A DNA stretch of 63,814 nt, filler included, from Octopus bimaculoides (Eukaryota), in NCBI RefSeq assembly GCF_001194135.2. It is 6 parts of 6 records of this genome, joined end to end, with 100 filler letters (N's around TTAATTAATTAA, not from the genome) between each part and the next. Parts side by side here need not be neighbours in the genome. Positions count along the whole stretch, not along the records: positions 44,135 to 57,118 come from NC_068981.1; positions 57,219 to 62,561 come from NC_068990.1; positions 62,662 to 63,814 come from NW_026424773.1; 3 more parts are not named here. One strand, 5' to 3'. Shown here piece after piece: positions 51,416 through 63,814 of this stretch; the first letter of the stretch is position 1; the number at the start of each line of letters is the position of its first letter. Under the pieces are notes generated by a model. It saw only the letters and a program-made list of their open reading frames with translations, made no database searches and was not told the DNA's origin. The position numbers were made by a program, and so were the translations under genes.

Positions 51416-51907
51416 GGATGNNNNNNNNNNNNNNNNNNNNNNNNNNNNNNNNNNNNNNNNNNNNNNNNNNNNNNNNNNNNNNNNNNNNNNNNNNNNNNNN
51501 NNNNNNNNNNNNNNNNNNNNNNNNNNNNNNNNNNNNNNNNNNNNNNNNNNNNNNNNNNNNNNNNNNNNNNNNNNNNNNNNNNNNNNNNNNNNNNNNNNNN
51601 NNNNNNNNNNNNNNNNNNNNNNNNNNNNNNNNNNNNNNNNNNNNNNNNNNNNNNNNNNNNNNNNNNNNNNNNNNNNNNNNNNNNNNNNNNNNNNNNNNNN
51701 NNNNNNNNNNNNNNNNNNNNNNNNNNNNNNNNNNNNNNNNNNNNNNNNNNNNNNNNNNNNNNNNNNNNNNNNNNNNNNNNNNNNNNNNNNNNNNNNNNNN
51801 NNNNNNNNNNNNNNNNNNNNNNNNNNNNNNNNNNNNNNNNNNNNNNNNNNNNNNNNNNNNNNNNNNNNNNNNNNNNNNNNNNNNNNNNNNNNNNNNNNNN
51901 NNNNNNN

Positions 51908-51959
<52 letters not shown>

Positions 51960-51963
<4 letters not shown>

Positions 51964-52170
51964 TGTATGTGCATCTCTGTTTTTATGTTAGTCCCACACT
52001 ATCGCTTGATAATCGATGTCGGTGTATTTAGGTTCCCGTAAACTAGCGGTTCAGCAAAGGAGACGGATAAAATAAGTACTAGACTTAAAATGAGTAAGTG
52101 ATGGGTTGATTTCTTCTACTAAAAAACCCTTTATGGCCACGGTTGTGTGTATGAAATAAGTGAAAGAATA
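51960..52170 (+). mobile_element. SINE family B 3' module
   Basis: atcgcttgataatcgatgtcggtgt...gcggttcagcaaaggagacggataaaataagtactag. Confidence 0.75.
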
Positions 52171-52847
52171 TATATATATTTACAAATATTATGGCTCCAC
52201 GATTTAGGTGGTATACTCCTTAGCTAGGTTTTGAAAAAAACCGTTGTGTAGTTGAGTAACGATCATAGTCACTTAAGCCTTTTCGTACTGATTCCATATG
52301 AAGGGCATTTCAATTTTGTCTAGTAATGATGCAAACACTACATTACATAAAATTCTTCTATGCTTCTATCTCCGGATATTAGTTAATATTTTCGAAGCGT
52401 AGATTGCGATGAGGTAGAAAGGGGGTCAATGTACAATATTTTGCTTCAGATCATGTTTTTTACTCTGCTCTAGATTCCAGTGCGACAGATATCTTTTTAA
52501 TTTCTCACATTCATTTGGCGCCATCCTGTGGATAAACAGAAGCTCAGCAATTTGTTCGATTTCAAAATAATTCAGTGTGGTCAGATTATGAACAGAATTA
52601 ATGTTGGTTTGTGTGCCAATTCGATCATCCAAAACAAAAAAATTGAACTTATAAAATCTGAATTTTTAGAGTCTATATTAAAAAAATGTAATAAACAGAG
52701 CCCTTTCAAGTCACTTCTAGATATGCTATGCAGGAACAGTGAAATCCAAGTTATAATGGTAAAAAAATATGCAAATATAAAAGATATGGGTTTCAAATTT
52801 TGGCACAAAGCCAATAATTTCAGGGGATGGACTAAGTCCATTACATC

Positions 52848-52995
52848 GATCCCAGTGTTCATCTGATACTAATTTTATCGACCCGAAAAGGGGTGAGATG
52901 AAGTCGACTCCAGCGGCCTTTGAACACAGAACCTAGTCAGAAGAAATGCCGCTAAGTAATTTTTCCGGCGTGGTAACGATTCTACCATCTCACAG
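52848..52995 (-). mobile_element. SINE family A
   Basis: atcgatcccagt...tttatcgacccgaaaagg..aagtcgac...aatgccgctaag...ggtaacgattctacca. Confidence 0.8.
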
Positions 52996-53224
52996 CCTTA
53001 GAGCTAGGGTATGTTACAAACAATGTTTTAACAACAAAATTTCTCTCACATCCAAGAAGGATGATGTGAAATCTCGGATACGTCATCTGATGCAGAATAT
53101 ATCAAAGAAAAGTCAATAAAAGTTAATAAACAAATGAAATATAGTAAAACCTTTGATATGGAACCCATAAGATACAAAAAGAAAGAGGAAAAGAACTGAT
53201 ACATGTGCGGCATTAAATATCTAA

Positions 53225-53460
53225 CAGATAAAATTCCAAAAGAGTGGACAAGTATGTTGTTAACCCTAATTTATAAAAGAAGAATATGTAAAAAAGCAAG
53301 GGATAGGGTGAATTCTGTCTCGAAATTACTGAGAATAAATTCAGAACATTCTTCGTTTACACAATGAGAAAATGACTGGGAAGAGTAAATTTTACTTCAG
53401 TCATAATAGAGTCACAAATGATGCCATTTATATAGTCAGACAGATCATTAAACAATAAAC
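53225..53460 (+). pseudogene. Highly decayed RTE RT fragment
   Basis: KIPKEWTSMLLTLIYK and RVTNDAIYIVRQII resemble the RT domain 0-2 motifs. Confidence 0.45.
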
Positions 53461-53968
53461 ATTAAACAATATTGAGTGTTTAGTGGTCATGGACAGTGAG
53501 TTCACAGATTTGTAAGAAATATACGATGTTTTCCAACACCTTTGTCATGGGGGAGTCCAAAGTTTAGATGGTCTGCCACTCACCGCTGAACGCTCTATAG
53601 ATATTATATAGACTCACGAAATATCCGTAACAACAAGACAAGTTAAGTTTTTTTAATGCTTTCGTCCATTACTTGCTACAAGAAAAAAGAAATTGGAAAA
53701 ATCCCGACCAAAATGAGGAACTGTACCTTAACAAAAATATAGAAAGAGAAAGAAAAGGTTGTATTCGAAAGCCAAAAAATGTTTTTTAAAGTGTAATTTT
53801 ATAATTAAAACAAATTCAGAATTTAAATTTCGGAACATAAGACTTAAAACGTTATCTGGTGTATGGCCGAATTCAAATTAGTAGAAGACCTAAAACAAAT
53901 GTGTGTGTGTGAGTTAGTGAGTCAGTGTGTTTGTGTGTGTAGGTGTGTGTGTGTATGTGTGTGTGAGT

Positions 53969-54047
<79 letters not shown>

Positions 54048-54526
54048 GTTGGGCCTTGAATAGCCAGGGGTCAATTTCAGTTCAACAGTACAGAGGAATT
54101 CAAATATTTATCAGCCACTCCTTCTCACTCTCATCCTTTCTCTAATTCCCTTTTTTCTCCCTTTCACCATTTTCTATCTATCTCTCTCTCTCCCTCGTTC
54201 TACTTTATTTGCTCTCGTTGCTCACACGTGACCATCCTTCATCTTTCTTTTCTGCACGCGATTATCTTTCTTTTCCTTCAGGGCAGTCCTAAGGACTGGA
54301 CATATCCTATTTTAGTCTTTTATCTTTTCTCTTTACAAAGAAAATGTTTCTCCAGCGTTCGCTATTTTACCCTCCTTCTGGTCTAACGACCCTCGATGTT
54401 TGTTTTCGCTCGGTTTCCTCGTATGTCTCGGCTGTCCTGTTTTCTTCCGACTTTGTCCCTCCATAAATTTCATAAGTATCATATTTTGGTACTTATGAGA
54501 GCAACTGTCTTCCAAGACTCATATTG

Positions 54527-54720
54527 TCGTTCAATGCTCGAAATGAGGAGTAGACTGACAGCCGACAACTGATGAACAGCCGTTCTTCATGTCACTTGTC
54601 CTATTTTCCATTTGTTTCTCTCGTTCTTTGCGTATTGAACTCATTTATTTTCGTATTTCATCTTGTTCACTGTCGGTGACGTCCTTACTCTCGGTGAACT
54701 ATATGCATATGTTTGTATAT
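54527..54720. repeat. Second copy (opposite orientation) of the 2270-2580 repeat
   Basis: gtcgttcaatgctcgaaatgag...cagccgacaactgatgaa. Confidence 0.55.
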
Positions 54721-54826
54721 ATATATATATATATACATACATATATACATATATATACTTACATTTATATGTGCGTATATATATTATATTATTATTATTA
54801 TATATCTATGGATATACATTATTTAT

Positions 54827-54906
<80 letters not shown>

Positions 54907-55890
54907 AATAGATATAGATTTAAATGTATGTGTGTGTGTGTAATAAATAATTAGTAATCTAGAATGTGTTTTCAATTTTATAAATTCAATACAATTTTTG
55001 TTAATGATGTTTAAATTACTTTTCAGTTTCTTTAAACGGATTTTTGTTATTATTCTTATTATCTTCGCGATGGTCGGATTTACTTTTCATCATTAGATCT
55101 GCAACATATGGCTAATCTTTCATTACGACTTTAATCATATACTGCCTAAACCACCGGTCTTTAATCTTATCCTGTTTGCCGCTAAATTATCTTAGTCGCT
55201 AATGGATTGCGAAGTTGATAGTTGTGCGCAATGACGTTATCTTTTATTTTTATTTATGTTTTTCGGCGTGCATTCGTGTTTGTATTCTTATGTGAGTTGT
55301 CATTCTGTGATCTGTGTGTCTAGGTTAGAGGTTAAAGCAGCAAAGCAAAGAAAAGTAAAGCAAAATATAAAATACGAACAGAAACAAAACAAAAGGAAAT
55401 AAATGAGGAAATTAATAGAACGCCTCGAATGCTGACTTGCTCCGTATTTTAATGTCATACGGTCAGAATCACACGGGTCTAGGTGGGATCAAACCATACA
55501 CTGATTTTCACATACTTACGTTAGTAATCTAATTGCATCAGCTGGTTAAAGAGAGAAAGAAAAAAGGAAAGTAACAAAGAAGGATGGAAAGAAAGATAGA
55601 AAGAAAGATGCATAGATAGCCAATTAGGGAGATGGAAAACAGAAAGACAGAATAAGAGAAACAAAAGGCATAACACACCCACACTCATGTATGTATATAT
55701 GCAAGTGTGTATGTGTGTGTGTGAGCGTGTGCGTGCGCGAGTGGGAGTTAGTGTATGAGTACACATATATATGTATATATATGTGTGTGTGTGTGTGTGT
55801 ATTTGTGCGTGTGTGCGCGTTTGTGTGTGTATATATAAACATATATACATACATATACATGTATATATACATCCATATATATATATGCAT

Positions 55891-55939
<49 letters not shown>

Positions 55940-55968
55940 CATGTACGAATGTATAATTGTGAATATGC

Positions 55969-55999
<31 letters not shown>

Positions 56000-56505
56000 T
56001 ATATNNNNNNNNNNNNNNNNNNNNNNNNNNNNNNNNNNNNNNNNNNNNNNNNNNNNNNNNNNNNNNNNNNNNNNNNNNNNNNNNNNNNNNNNNNNNNNNN
56101 NNNNNNNNNNNNNNNNNNNNNNNNNNNNNNNNNNNNNNNNNNNNNNNNNNNNNNNNNNNNNNNNNNNNNNNNNNNNNNNNNNNNNNNNNNNNNNNNNNNN
56201 NNNNNNNNNNNNNNNTATATATATGTATAATTGTATAAATAATAAGCAACACAGATTTCCGTGTTGCTTATTATTTGATTTTAATCACCCATCCTTTTGG
56301 GATGTGATATTCGGGTGCCTTCGCATAAGTACCATATTCAAGCCTTGAATCTATATCTAAACCGTCTATGTATAATTGTATATATATATGTATATATAAT
56401 TACATACATATATACATAGACATACCTACACACAAGCACACATAATAAAATTCTGAATTATGTCCAACGAATCTAAGAGTGGCACTGAAAGAATGTTGTA
56501 GAGCA

Positions 56506-56575
56506 GCGCTTTCCAAACTGTGGGTCCTGACCCTTCACTGAGTCGCGAGATAAATAAAATGGGGCGTGACAACAA
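56506..56575 (+). mobile_element. hAT MITE 5' terminus fragment
   Basis: cagcgctttccaaactgtgggtcctgaccc, preceded by tgtagag. Confidence 0.45.
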
Positions 56576-57118
56576 AGGAAAGGAAAAAAAACGCAAGTGG
56601 GTGTAAAGTGCAGAATATAAACAACTCTAAGTGTTGCACAGCACTCATAAGTCATCGCTAGTTTTACCGATTTCTCCCATGACAAAGCAGGCTTTACACT
56701 CAAAACATAATAGTGCATAATATTATGAATTTATTATACATATACAAAAAGGACGTTATCGCAGTCGAAGTAACTTCAACGTTTCGTCCAAGCCAATCGA
56801 CAGTCATTTACTCTCTCCCTCTGCCTCTCTTTTTTCCTTGAATCCTTAACTATCAAACAATTTGGTTAAATCTTAATACCTAGTTGTCATCAACAACACT
56901 GGCAATCGACAAACACACACTGTCTCGTCTTGTATGGCTAGTTGTTAACAGTTTTTTTACATAACATATTTTTATCAGTTTTTACTAATTTTACAAAAAA
57001 CACATATTGCCTACAGCAGACCCAAAAGAGGTGCCCCTTTAAAAGTGCTGCCTGGAGGGGAACGCCCTTGCCACCCCTAGCTACGCTAGTGGATAGGTAT
57101 ATATATATATATATATAT

Positions 57119-57218
57119 NNNNNNNNNNNNNNNNNNNNNNNNNNNNNNNNNNNNNNNNNNNNTTAATTAATTAANNNNNNNNNNNNNNNNNNNNNNNNNN
57201 NNNNNNNNNNNNNNNNNN
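57119..57218. other. Artificial scaffold-join spacer
   Basis: 44N-TTAATTAATTAA-44N. Confidence 0.95.
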
Positions 57219-57415
57219 GCGTCACCTTTACCTTTGTAGCAGTTGACTATGATGCTGCTACACCAGTCATTGGATATGACTCCTTCGTGTATCACCTGGT
57301 TCGTAATACGGGTGACTAGGCTATAGCCAACACTGCCAGATATTTTGAGCATCTCTGCAGTGATTCCTGATGGGCCGGGGGCTTTCCCGGTCTTCATACT
57401 CTTAATTGCTTTATC
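57219..57415 (-). mobile_element. RTE LINE RT N-terminal fragment
   Basis: KAIKSMKTGKAPGPSGITAEMLKISG..NDWCSSIIVNCYKGKGD. Confidence 0.9.
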
Positions 57416-57434
57416 TACACACATATATATATCT

Positions 57435-57469
<35 letters not shown>

Positions 57470-57698
57470 CAAAGTAGCTGGTTAGAAAATCTCTATAAGA
57501 GGTGAAAGTAATTATACTAACAAGTAATGTTTATCTTCACTTCATCACGGCTGTTCCATACAAACCGATGTTACTACTAACCTTTTAATCCCAAGATGAT
57601 GCCTCCGCTTGCTGGTTATCAATGCAATGTGCACCTGATATATATTATATATATTATAAGCGAACCCCTTCCATATATAAATGTTGTTGTATTTTGCG

Positions 57699-57941
57699 AT
57701 TTATGAGTGTTCTTATTTTAACACATGTCCATTATTGGGAAATCTTTTGTCACACATTTGTGATCTCTTCAGTGGCACTTTCTGCCCTTGTGTGTGCTTC
57801 TGCTCTGCTTAATCCAGTGAGAATGGATTAAGTGGAACAGGTATACACACATGGACAGAAAGTGTTGCTGAAGAGGTCACAGATGTGTGACTAAAGATTT
57901 CCGGATAATGGACATGTGTTAAAATAAGAACAGTGATAAAT
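57699..57941. repeat. Long foldback inverted repeat (~118-bp arms, 7-nt loop)
   Basis: gttcttattttaacacatgtccattat...cttaatcca | gtgagaa | tggattaag...ataatggacatgtgttaaaataagaac. Confidence 0.93.
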
Positions 57942-58074
57942 GAGTGAAGAACGAATATACAGTGCACGTGTTTATTTGGCAGAAAAAGAAAATGACCATC
58001 CCAAAATACACCAATATCTGTCTCAGCACATGGTTTCACATCAGGAATCTTGCAACACAAATTCATGAACATAC

Positions 58075-58106
<32 letters not shown>

Positions 58107-59749
58107 ATTAGCTGGCATAGCCATGTAATTAGAATTACACTTTTATCTAATATCGTTTGATCTAATACCAGTGCAAAACAATTGCTAAGATTAGTTAAAA
58201 TGGGTCTACAGTACTGTATACTTTCATGAATATACCCAGTCTTTTGAGAAACATATGACCGCATAATTTTTTTACTTACAGATTTTTAGATGACCACACA
58301 CACATGCGCATACACATACATGCGCATATACACACATACACACATCTTTTGTCTTTTACTTGTTTCAGGCATTTTTGACTGCAGCCATGCTGGGGTGCCA
58401 GTTATTAACAAGGGATTATCAATCCAGACAAAATACTTCTTAAGCTAATACAAATACACCAGGCTAACAAAATGTTTTCAGATTGGCGTAGGACTCCAAA
58501 TAAATTCTAAAGCAAATTCTGAAGTTGAAGTTCATCACCAATCAATCAGTTGACAGATTGAAAAAATAAGCAGCCTTAACAATTACTTTTATATACAGAC
58601 CCCATGCAGCAAGAGGCAATCTTTTGTTTTTATATTCTTTGCTAATTGCTTCACAGGATCTGAGAATGATAGTATTTGTTACAGTCGTCCATCATTTTCA
58701 ATAAATAAATCAACTGATTGAGTAAACAAAACTATGAATGTGCCTAAATTGCATACCATAAACAACTGTAAGTTTATGATGTACAAACAAATTAATATGT
58801 AATGGTTATTATTTTTGCATTTTCTTACACACACACACATAACATAAATTAGAATACCTGAAACACTTATAATATAGATAGATTTACAGTTATTTATTTG
58901 AAAGATAGCCCTAAAAACAGAAATGATGTGAAGACCTATTATTCTCTTAAGTAAACAAAAAAATAATTACAAATCACTGTTTTTTTTTTTGTTTCTTTTT
59001 TCCAGAGATTGAGAGATCAGAGTTCTGGGCTTGTACAACAAACAAAATAACTTGAATTCAGATCCCGGTATCACCAAGTGCATTAATCACTCTGTCACAT
59101 TAACTGGCAAGAGATGGACAAAGTAACTCTCTTGTGGGGAACTCTTAGTTAGAAGCTCCATTCTTCCCTACAATACACACTCTGGCAACATTAACCTTTA
59201 GCACACTGCATTTTTTTACAGTTGTTTTCCCTACCAATGGCCTGTTATTACAGGGGAGAAAACTCATACAGTGACATGCTGCACCTACAGTGTGCTAAAG
59301 GTTAAGCATTCACCTGTTTGTTTCATTTGTCCTTTCCTCTTAAACATTATGTTAATAATTGCACACCTCCCACCACCAATTATATTTCTATGTCACAACT
59401 GTATCGTTTGTCATTCATTGTATCAATTGAAAGTTTTACATTTGCTGCATTTAAATGAAACCAGATGTTGATCAGGTGATTGCTTTCAAGAATACCTCCA
59501 TGATCTTTGGAATACATTCTCGAAATATGCAGCAAGACAATTTAGTTCTTCTAGCTATTCTTTCAATCAACTCTCATGGTTTTGCCTCCATCTGTACAGG
59601 GGGGTAAAGTTCAATAATTACAACAGGCTTTTTCTTGCTAAAAGGCATGCATGAATATCTCACATTCTTCTAGTCAGTCATTTGTGTGTATGTGCATGTG
59701 TGTGTGTGTACATGCGCACAACATGTATAGATATTTTATATGTTTGTGG

Positions 59750-60090
59750 ACAATGTGTGTTCTTCTCTAGTCTTGGGCAGACCAAGACCTTGTAAGTGAT
59801 TTGGTAAATGGAAACTGAAAAAAGCCCTGCATATATTTGTATGGATATATTACTGTGTGTGTCTTTGTGTTTGTTTTTCTTTTATCTTATCCTAACCCTG
59901 CTTGACAACTGAGGTTGGCTTGTTTACTTCCTTGTAGCATAGCAGTTCAGCAAAAGAGACTGATAAGATAAGTATCAGGCTTTAAAAAATAAGTACTGGG
60001 GTCAATTTGTTTGCCTAAACCCTTCAATGTGATGCCCCTGAAAAACTGTAGTTCAATGACTGAAACAAGTCAATGATAAAAATATAAATA
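59750..60090 (+). mobile_element. SINE family B, CpG-decayed
   Basis: gaccaagaccttgtaagtgatttggtaaatggaaactgaaaaaagccc...gcttgacaac...agcagttcagcaaaagagactgataag...gactgaaacaag. Confidence 0.85.
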
Positions 60091-60360
60091 TTACTCAGCA
60101 AAAAATACCTTCCAGTATTTTTCAACCCTTGTGCATACCTCACACAATTATAACATCTACATATAATTTCGGAGTACTGGAATAAGCAGATATGCTTCAG
60201 AAGAACACAGCTTGGATTATAACCCGATCTGAATACAATATCTGCTTTATATGTGTGTGTGTGTGTGTGAGGGGATGGGTGTGTTTACACAAGCATCATG
60301 CACACAATTTAGTTTTTTCCACTCTAGGAAACTGTCAACTCATTTCAAGTAACTCTTAAA

Positions 60361-60920
60361 CAGTGGTTCTCAACTGGTGTTCCATGTAAGATTTTGTTGT
60401 TAAAATTTGTGTGCAATAAATTGGTTAGGGTTAAGGGTAAAGACACCCTTTGGTCATGAATGACCATAGGATTACACCTAGAAAGATACCCTCCGAGGCA
60501 CAAGTTAAGACAAAGTTGTTTATGGAAGACCAGCAGTTGCCCATGCATACCAGTCTCCCCTTTCCATGCCACCAATTTTGTTCAATGGAAAAGTGATGTT
60601 GCAACTCATTTCTGCAGATGAGTGAACTGGGGCAATGTCAAATAAAGTGTTTTGCTCAAGAACACAATGCAGAGCCTAGTCTGAAAACCAAACTCATTAC
60701 CTAATTATTGTGAGCCTAATGCCCTAATCATAGAGCTATGCACCTTTAATAAATTGGTTATACTTCTACAATACAGAAAATATTCTAATTTTTTCTATAC
60801 AACTCCTAAAAATATTTAATTAAAAAAAATAATGGTGCTTTTTTTTTATATCATAGGAGTCCAGTAGAGTAAAATAAGAATCAAAAAGGTCTATAGGCTA
60901 AAAATGGTTGAGAATCACTG
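60361..60920 (+). mobile_element. hAT MITE interrupted by a SINE
   Basis: TIRs cagtggttctcaac / gttgagaatcactg (13/14); degenerate 8-bp flanks ctcttaaa / ctttaaag. Confidence 0.85.
60428..60747 (-). mobile_element. tRNA-derived SINE (third family) with 13-bp TSD aataaattggtta
   Basis: TSDs at 60415-60427 and 60748-60760. On the minus strand there is a head tagctctatgattagg, a central tgtgttcttgagcaaaacact and a tail acccttaaccct. Confidence 0.85.
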
Positions 60921-61799
60921 CTTTAAAGAATCACAGCTAACTAGAATAGCCAAACTAAATTATTGCACTCTTATTCTGGTATCAAATACCTGCTTTTCTG
61001 TTTCCCATTATTAATTGATATATGTGTGTGCATGCATGCATATTTGTGCTTACATGTGTGTATGCATATATGGATGAGTACATCTTACTCTACTTGTATA
61101 TAGTGCACCTGCTTACTCTTTTATTCATATATCTTTAGTTTTCTACTTCTTCTTCATATGTTATACTATGACACTTCTCTGCTCCCACTCTAAACATATG
61201 TAATAGGCCCTATAACACTGACTGCTCATAACATTCCACTTCCTCACAGCTACCAATTCTTTAAATTCATTTTTCTCCTACAAACTTTTATTAATTTATT
61301 GTTCTAACCACTTCCAACAGATTCCCACCCTGCTGTCTGCCTCCTCTTCCATCATGTTTGTGTGTGTATGGCCAAACTATCATGTGTATGACCTTTGGTC
61401 ACCTCACCTCCTTGCTCTCTTTTCTCTTATATCTCTTAGCTCACCCACCTGCAGCACCATTTCAAATGACCTCTACGTTATTACTAAGTTGACCTTCCCT
61501 CCCTCACAATCTACTTCCTCTCTCATAACTCACACTATCTCCCACACACAACTAACACCATCTCACACCGAGTCTCTCTCCATTCACCCCTCTCTCTCTC
61601 CATCTCTCCTTCAACGTTACTTCTCTTTAATTGCCTCAGACTCAGTTATGCAACATAGAATTAAGATCACTATTTAATCCTCTCTCTAAAACTTTAGACA
61701 TCTCTCTTCCTCTGTGACATAAAAAAATATGCAGTGCAACATTGCTTGTGACCTGATCACAATTCGGAGTGAGGAAAATTTTAATATCATATTGATTTA

Positions 61800-62000
61800 A
61801 AATGTTGACACAAGGCCGACAAGTTTGGTGGATGGGTTAAGTCAATTACATCAACCCCAATGCTTGACTGGTACCTTATTTTATCAATGCCAAAAGGCGA
61901 AGTCAACCTCAGCAGAATTTGATCTCAGAATATAAGGATGGCCAAAATGTCATTAAGCATTTTGCCTGGAATGCTAACAATTCTGCCAGCTTACCACCTT
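61800..62000 (-). mobile_element. SINE family A, CpG-decayed
   Basis: gactggtaccttattttatcaat..aaaaggcgaagtcaacctcagcagaatttgatctcagaa...gctaacaattctgccagct. Confidence 0.8.
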
Positions 62001-62561
62001 AGATTTTGACAGCATATTACAAACACCAAATGTTTAAGTAAATTCAAGTCTTTGTGTGTTTCCGAATGGCTAAATTCTGTCTTTCACAATGCAATTGTTT
62101 TAGTTTAAACACATAGTTATAAATCAAATCACTTGATATCCAAGTACATCTCTTTAAAAAGAATATATTTCTCACTGAAAATGTATTTCTTCAAAATCTT
62201 GGACCTCATATGGCTGGACAAAACCTTATAAGAAGATTTGGCAAATAGAAACATAAAGAAGCCCGTTGCATACACACACACGCACACACACACACTAACA
62301 CACACACACTCACACCTATATACCAGGTGTGTTCATAAAGTATCTGACATAATTTTTTTCTCACCAAAAGTAATATAGTGTGGGCAAAATCCTTTGGATG
62401 GCAGTGTATATATATGCATATATGTATGTATGTATGTGTGCATGTATATATATTATATGTAACTACTAGTTACATACCCAAATGCTTAAATAGTTACTTG
62501 TATATATATATATATATATATATAAAAGTGTAAATAGTTACTTGTATATATATATATATAT

Positions 62562-62661
62562 NNNNNNNNNNNNNNNNNNNNNNNNNNNNNNNNNNNNNNN
62601 NNNNNTTAATTAATTAANNNNNNNNNNNNNNNNNNNNNNNNNNNNNNNNNNNNNNNNNNNN
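62562..62661. other. Artificial scaffold-join spacer
   Basis: 44N-TTAATTAATTAA-44N. Confidence 0.95.
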
Positions 62662-62740
62662 TAATAATAATAATAATAATAATAATAATGGAGGTACCTT
62701 TATTAATAATAAGAGTCAGGCCTGTAGGAGTAAGAACATA

Positions 62741-63075
62741 ATGACAGTAAATGAGGTAAACCCTAGGAGAATAAAATTTGAAGGACCCAATGCGAAAGTC
62801 AAAAATATAGTATATCAATGTAAAATAAAGACCCAAACAGGTATCACGAGATATATTGGGTGTACTTCAGGACAGGTATGTAGGAGAATATTTAATCACT
62901 TCACGACCTTTAGAGATAGAAAGAAAATAGCTACCACCAGTCTTAGCAAATACATCTGGGATCTCAAAGAAAATAATAAACAGTATTCATTAGAATGGTC
63001 AACAAATTAACGAATAATGCTCTGAAATGTATGCATATCCTAAGAAGCACTTTTCGTTGGTATAAATGATTTTAG
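62741..63075 (+). pseudogene. Penelope-like element GIY-YIG endonuclease remnant
   Basis: NIVYQCKI..RYIGCT..RRIFNHFTTFR..TTSLSKYIWDLKENNKQYSLEW matches the PLE GIY-YIG pattern; stops follow. Confidence 0.85.
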
Positions 63076-63104
63076 GATGTGAGCGAGTACAGCACGGTAT
63101 CTCA

Positions 63105-63262
63105 TGTATGTTTGTGTATGTGTATTTATGTGTATATATGGAAGTGTGCATATATGTATATATAGGTGTATGGAGATAAGGATATGTATATATGGGTATG
63201 AGTGTGTGTATGTGTATAGGTATGTGTGTGTATATATGTATATATGTATGTATGTGTGTGTA

Positions 63263-63319
<57 letters not shown>

Positions 63320-63470
63320 CTGTATATGTGTGTGTGGGTGTATATGTGTATATGTATATATGTATATGTATATATATGTGTATACGCATGTGTGTGTGTA
63401 TGTGTATGTATATATGTGTATATATATGTCTATGTAAGAGTGCGTAGGCATACATATATACATACTAAGT
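63105..63470. repeat. Degenerate (TA)/(TG) microsatellite field
   Basis: Directly visible. Confidence 0.93.
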
Positions 63471-63814
63471 TATAAGACAAAATTTAGTCTGGAATTAGGT
63501 AGACTGATGCATGAAATACTAGTGGAAATCTGGAGATACACTTGAACTTTAGTGGAATTAAAACATTAAGTTAAACTACAATGGATACCTAACTATAACT
63601 AAAAAGACACAGTAGATATAATTTAAGGAGGGGATAACTATAGGTAATGGGTCAGTTAAAAATATCTCACATAGAACCCCAATTTATCCATTAATAAGAG
63701 GCAACCTATAATAGTACAACCTATAATAGTACAGACATTAAGGTCTGGGCAACCTATAAGTGTCGGTTATGTAAGTCCCAATATAGGATTATTATTGTTA
63801 TTATTATTATTAAT

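Noticed and set aside
58470-58545. Minus-strand GTGATGA...CTGA spacing like a C/D snoRNA
   Set aside because: The terminal stem is weak and I could not recognise an rRNA or snRNA-complementary guide.
62487-62561. Tandem repeat taaatagttacttg(ta)n
   Set aside because: It lies at a scaffold end beside a spacer, so it is probably a slippage or assembly artefact.

Overview
AT-rich, repeat-dense eukaryotic DNA. It is most likely an Octopus genome, which I infer from the SINE families, the RTE, Dong-R4, CR1, Penelope and maT transposon mix and the very high microsatellite load. I found no recognisable intact host protein-coding gene, rRNA, real tRNA or CRISPR array. Most listed ORFs are artefacts of N-gaps or microsatellites; the meaningful ones are decayed transposon proteins. 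The window is not one contig: five artificial 100-bp spacers (44N-TTAATTAATTAA-44N) split it into six scaffold pieces. The main points for follow-up are (1) an RTE LINE tail encoding three C2H2 zinc fingers, (2) a nest of Dong/R4 elements in (TAA)n microsatellites, (3) a sharp CpG-depleted versus CpG-retaining contrast between pieces, suggesting methylated gene-body introns, (4) a ~240-bp foldback hairpin, (5) a SINE nested in a hAT MITE whose empty-site paralogue is in the same window, and (6) a few low-confidence candidate exons and a decayed acidic ORF. I did not find convincing evidence of a wholly new biological system. All family assignments are by eye, without database searches.
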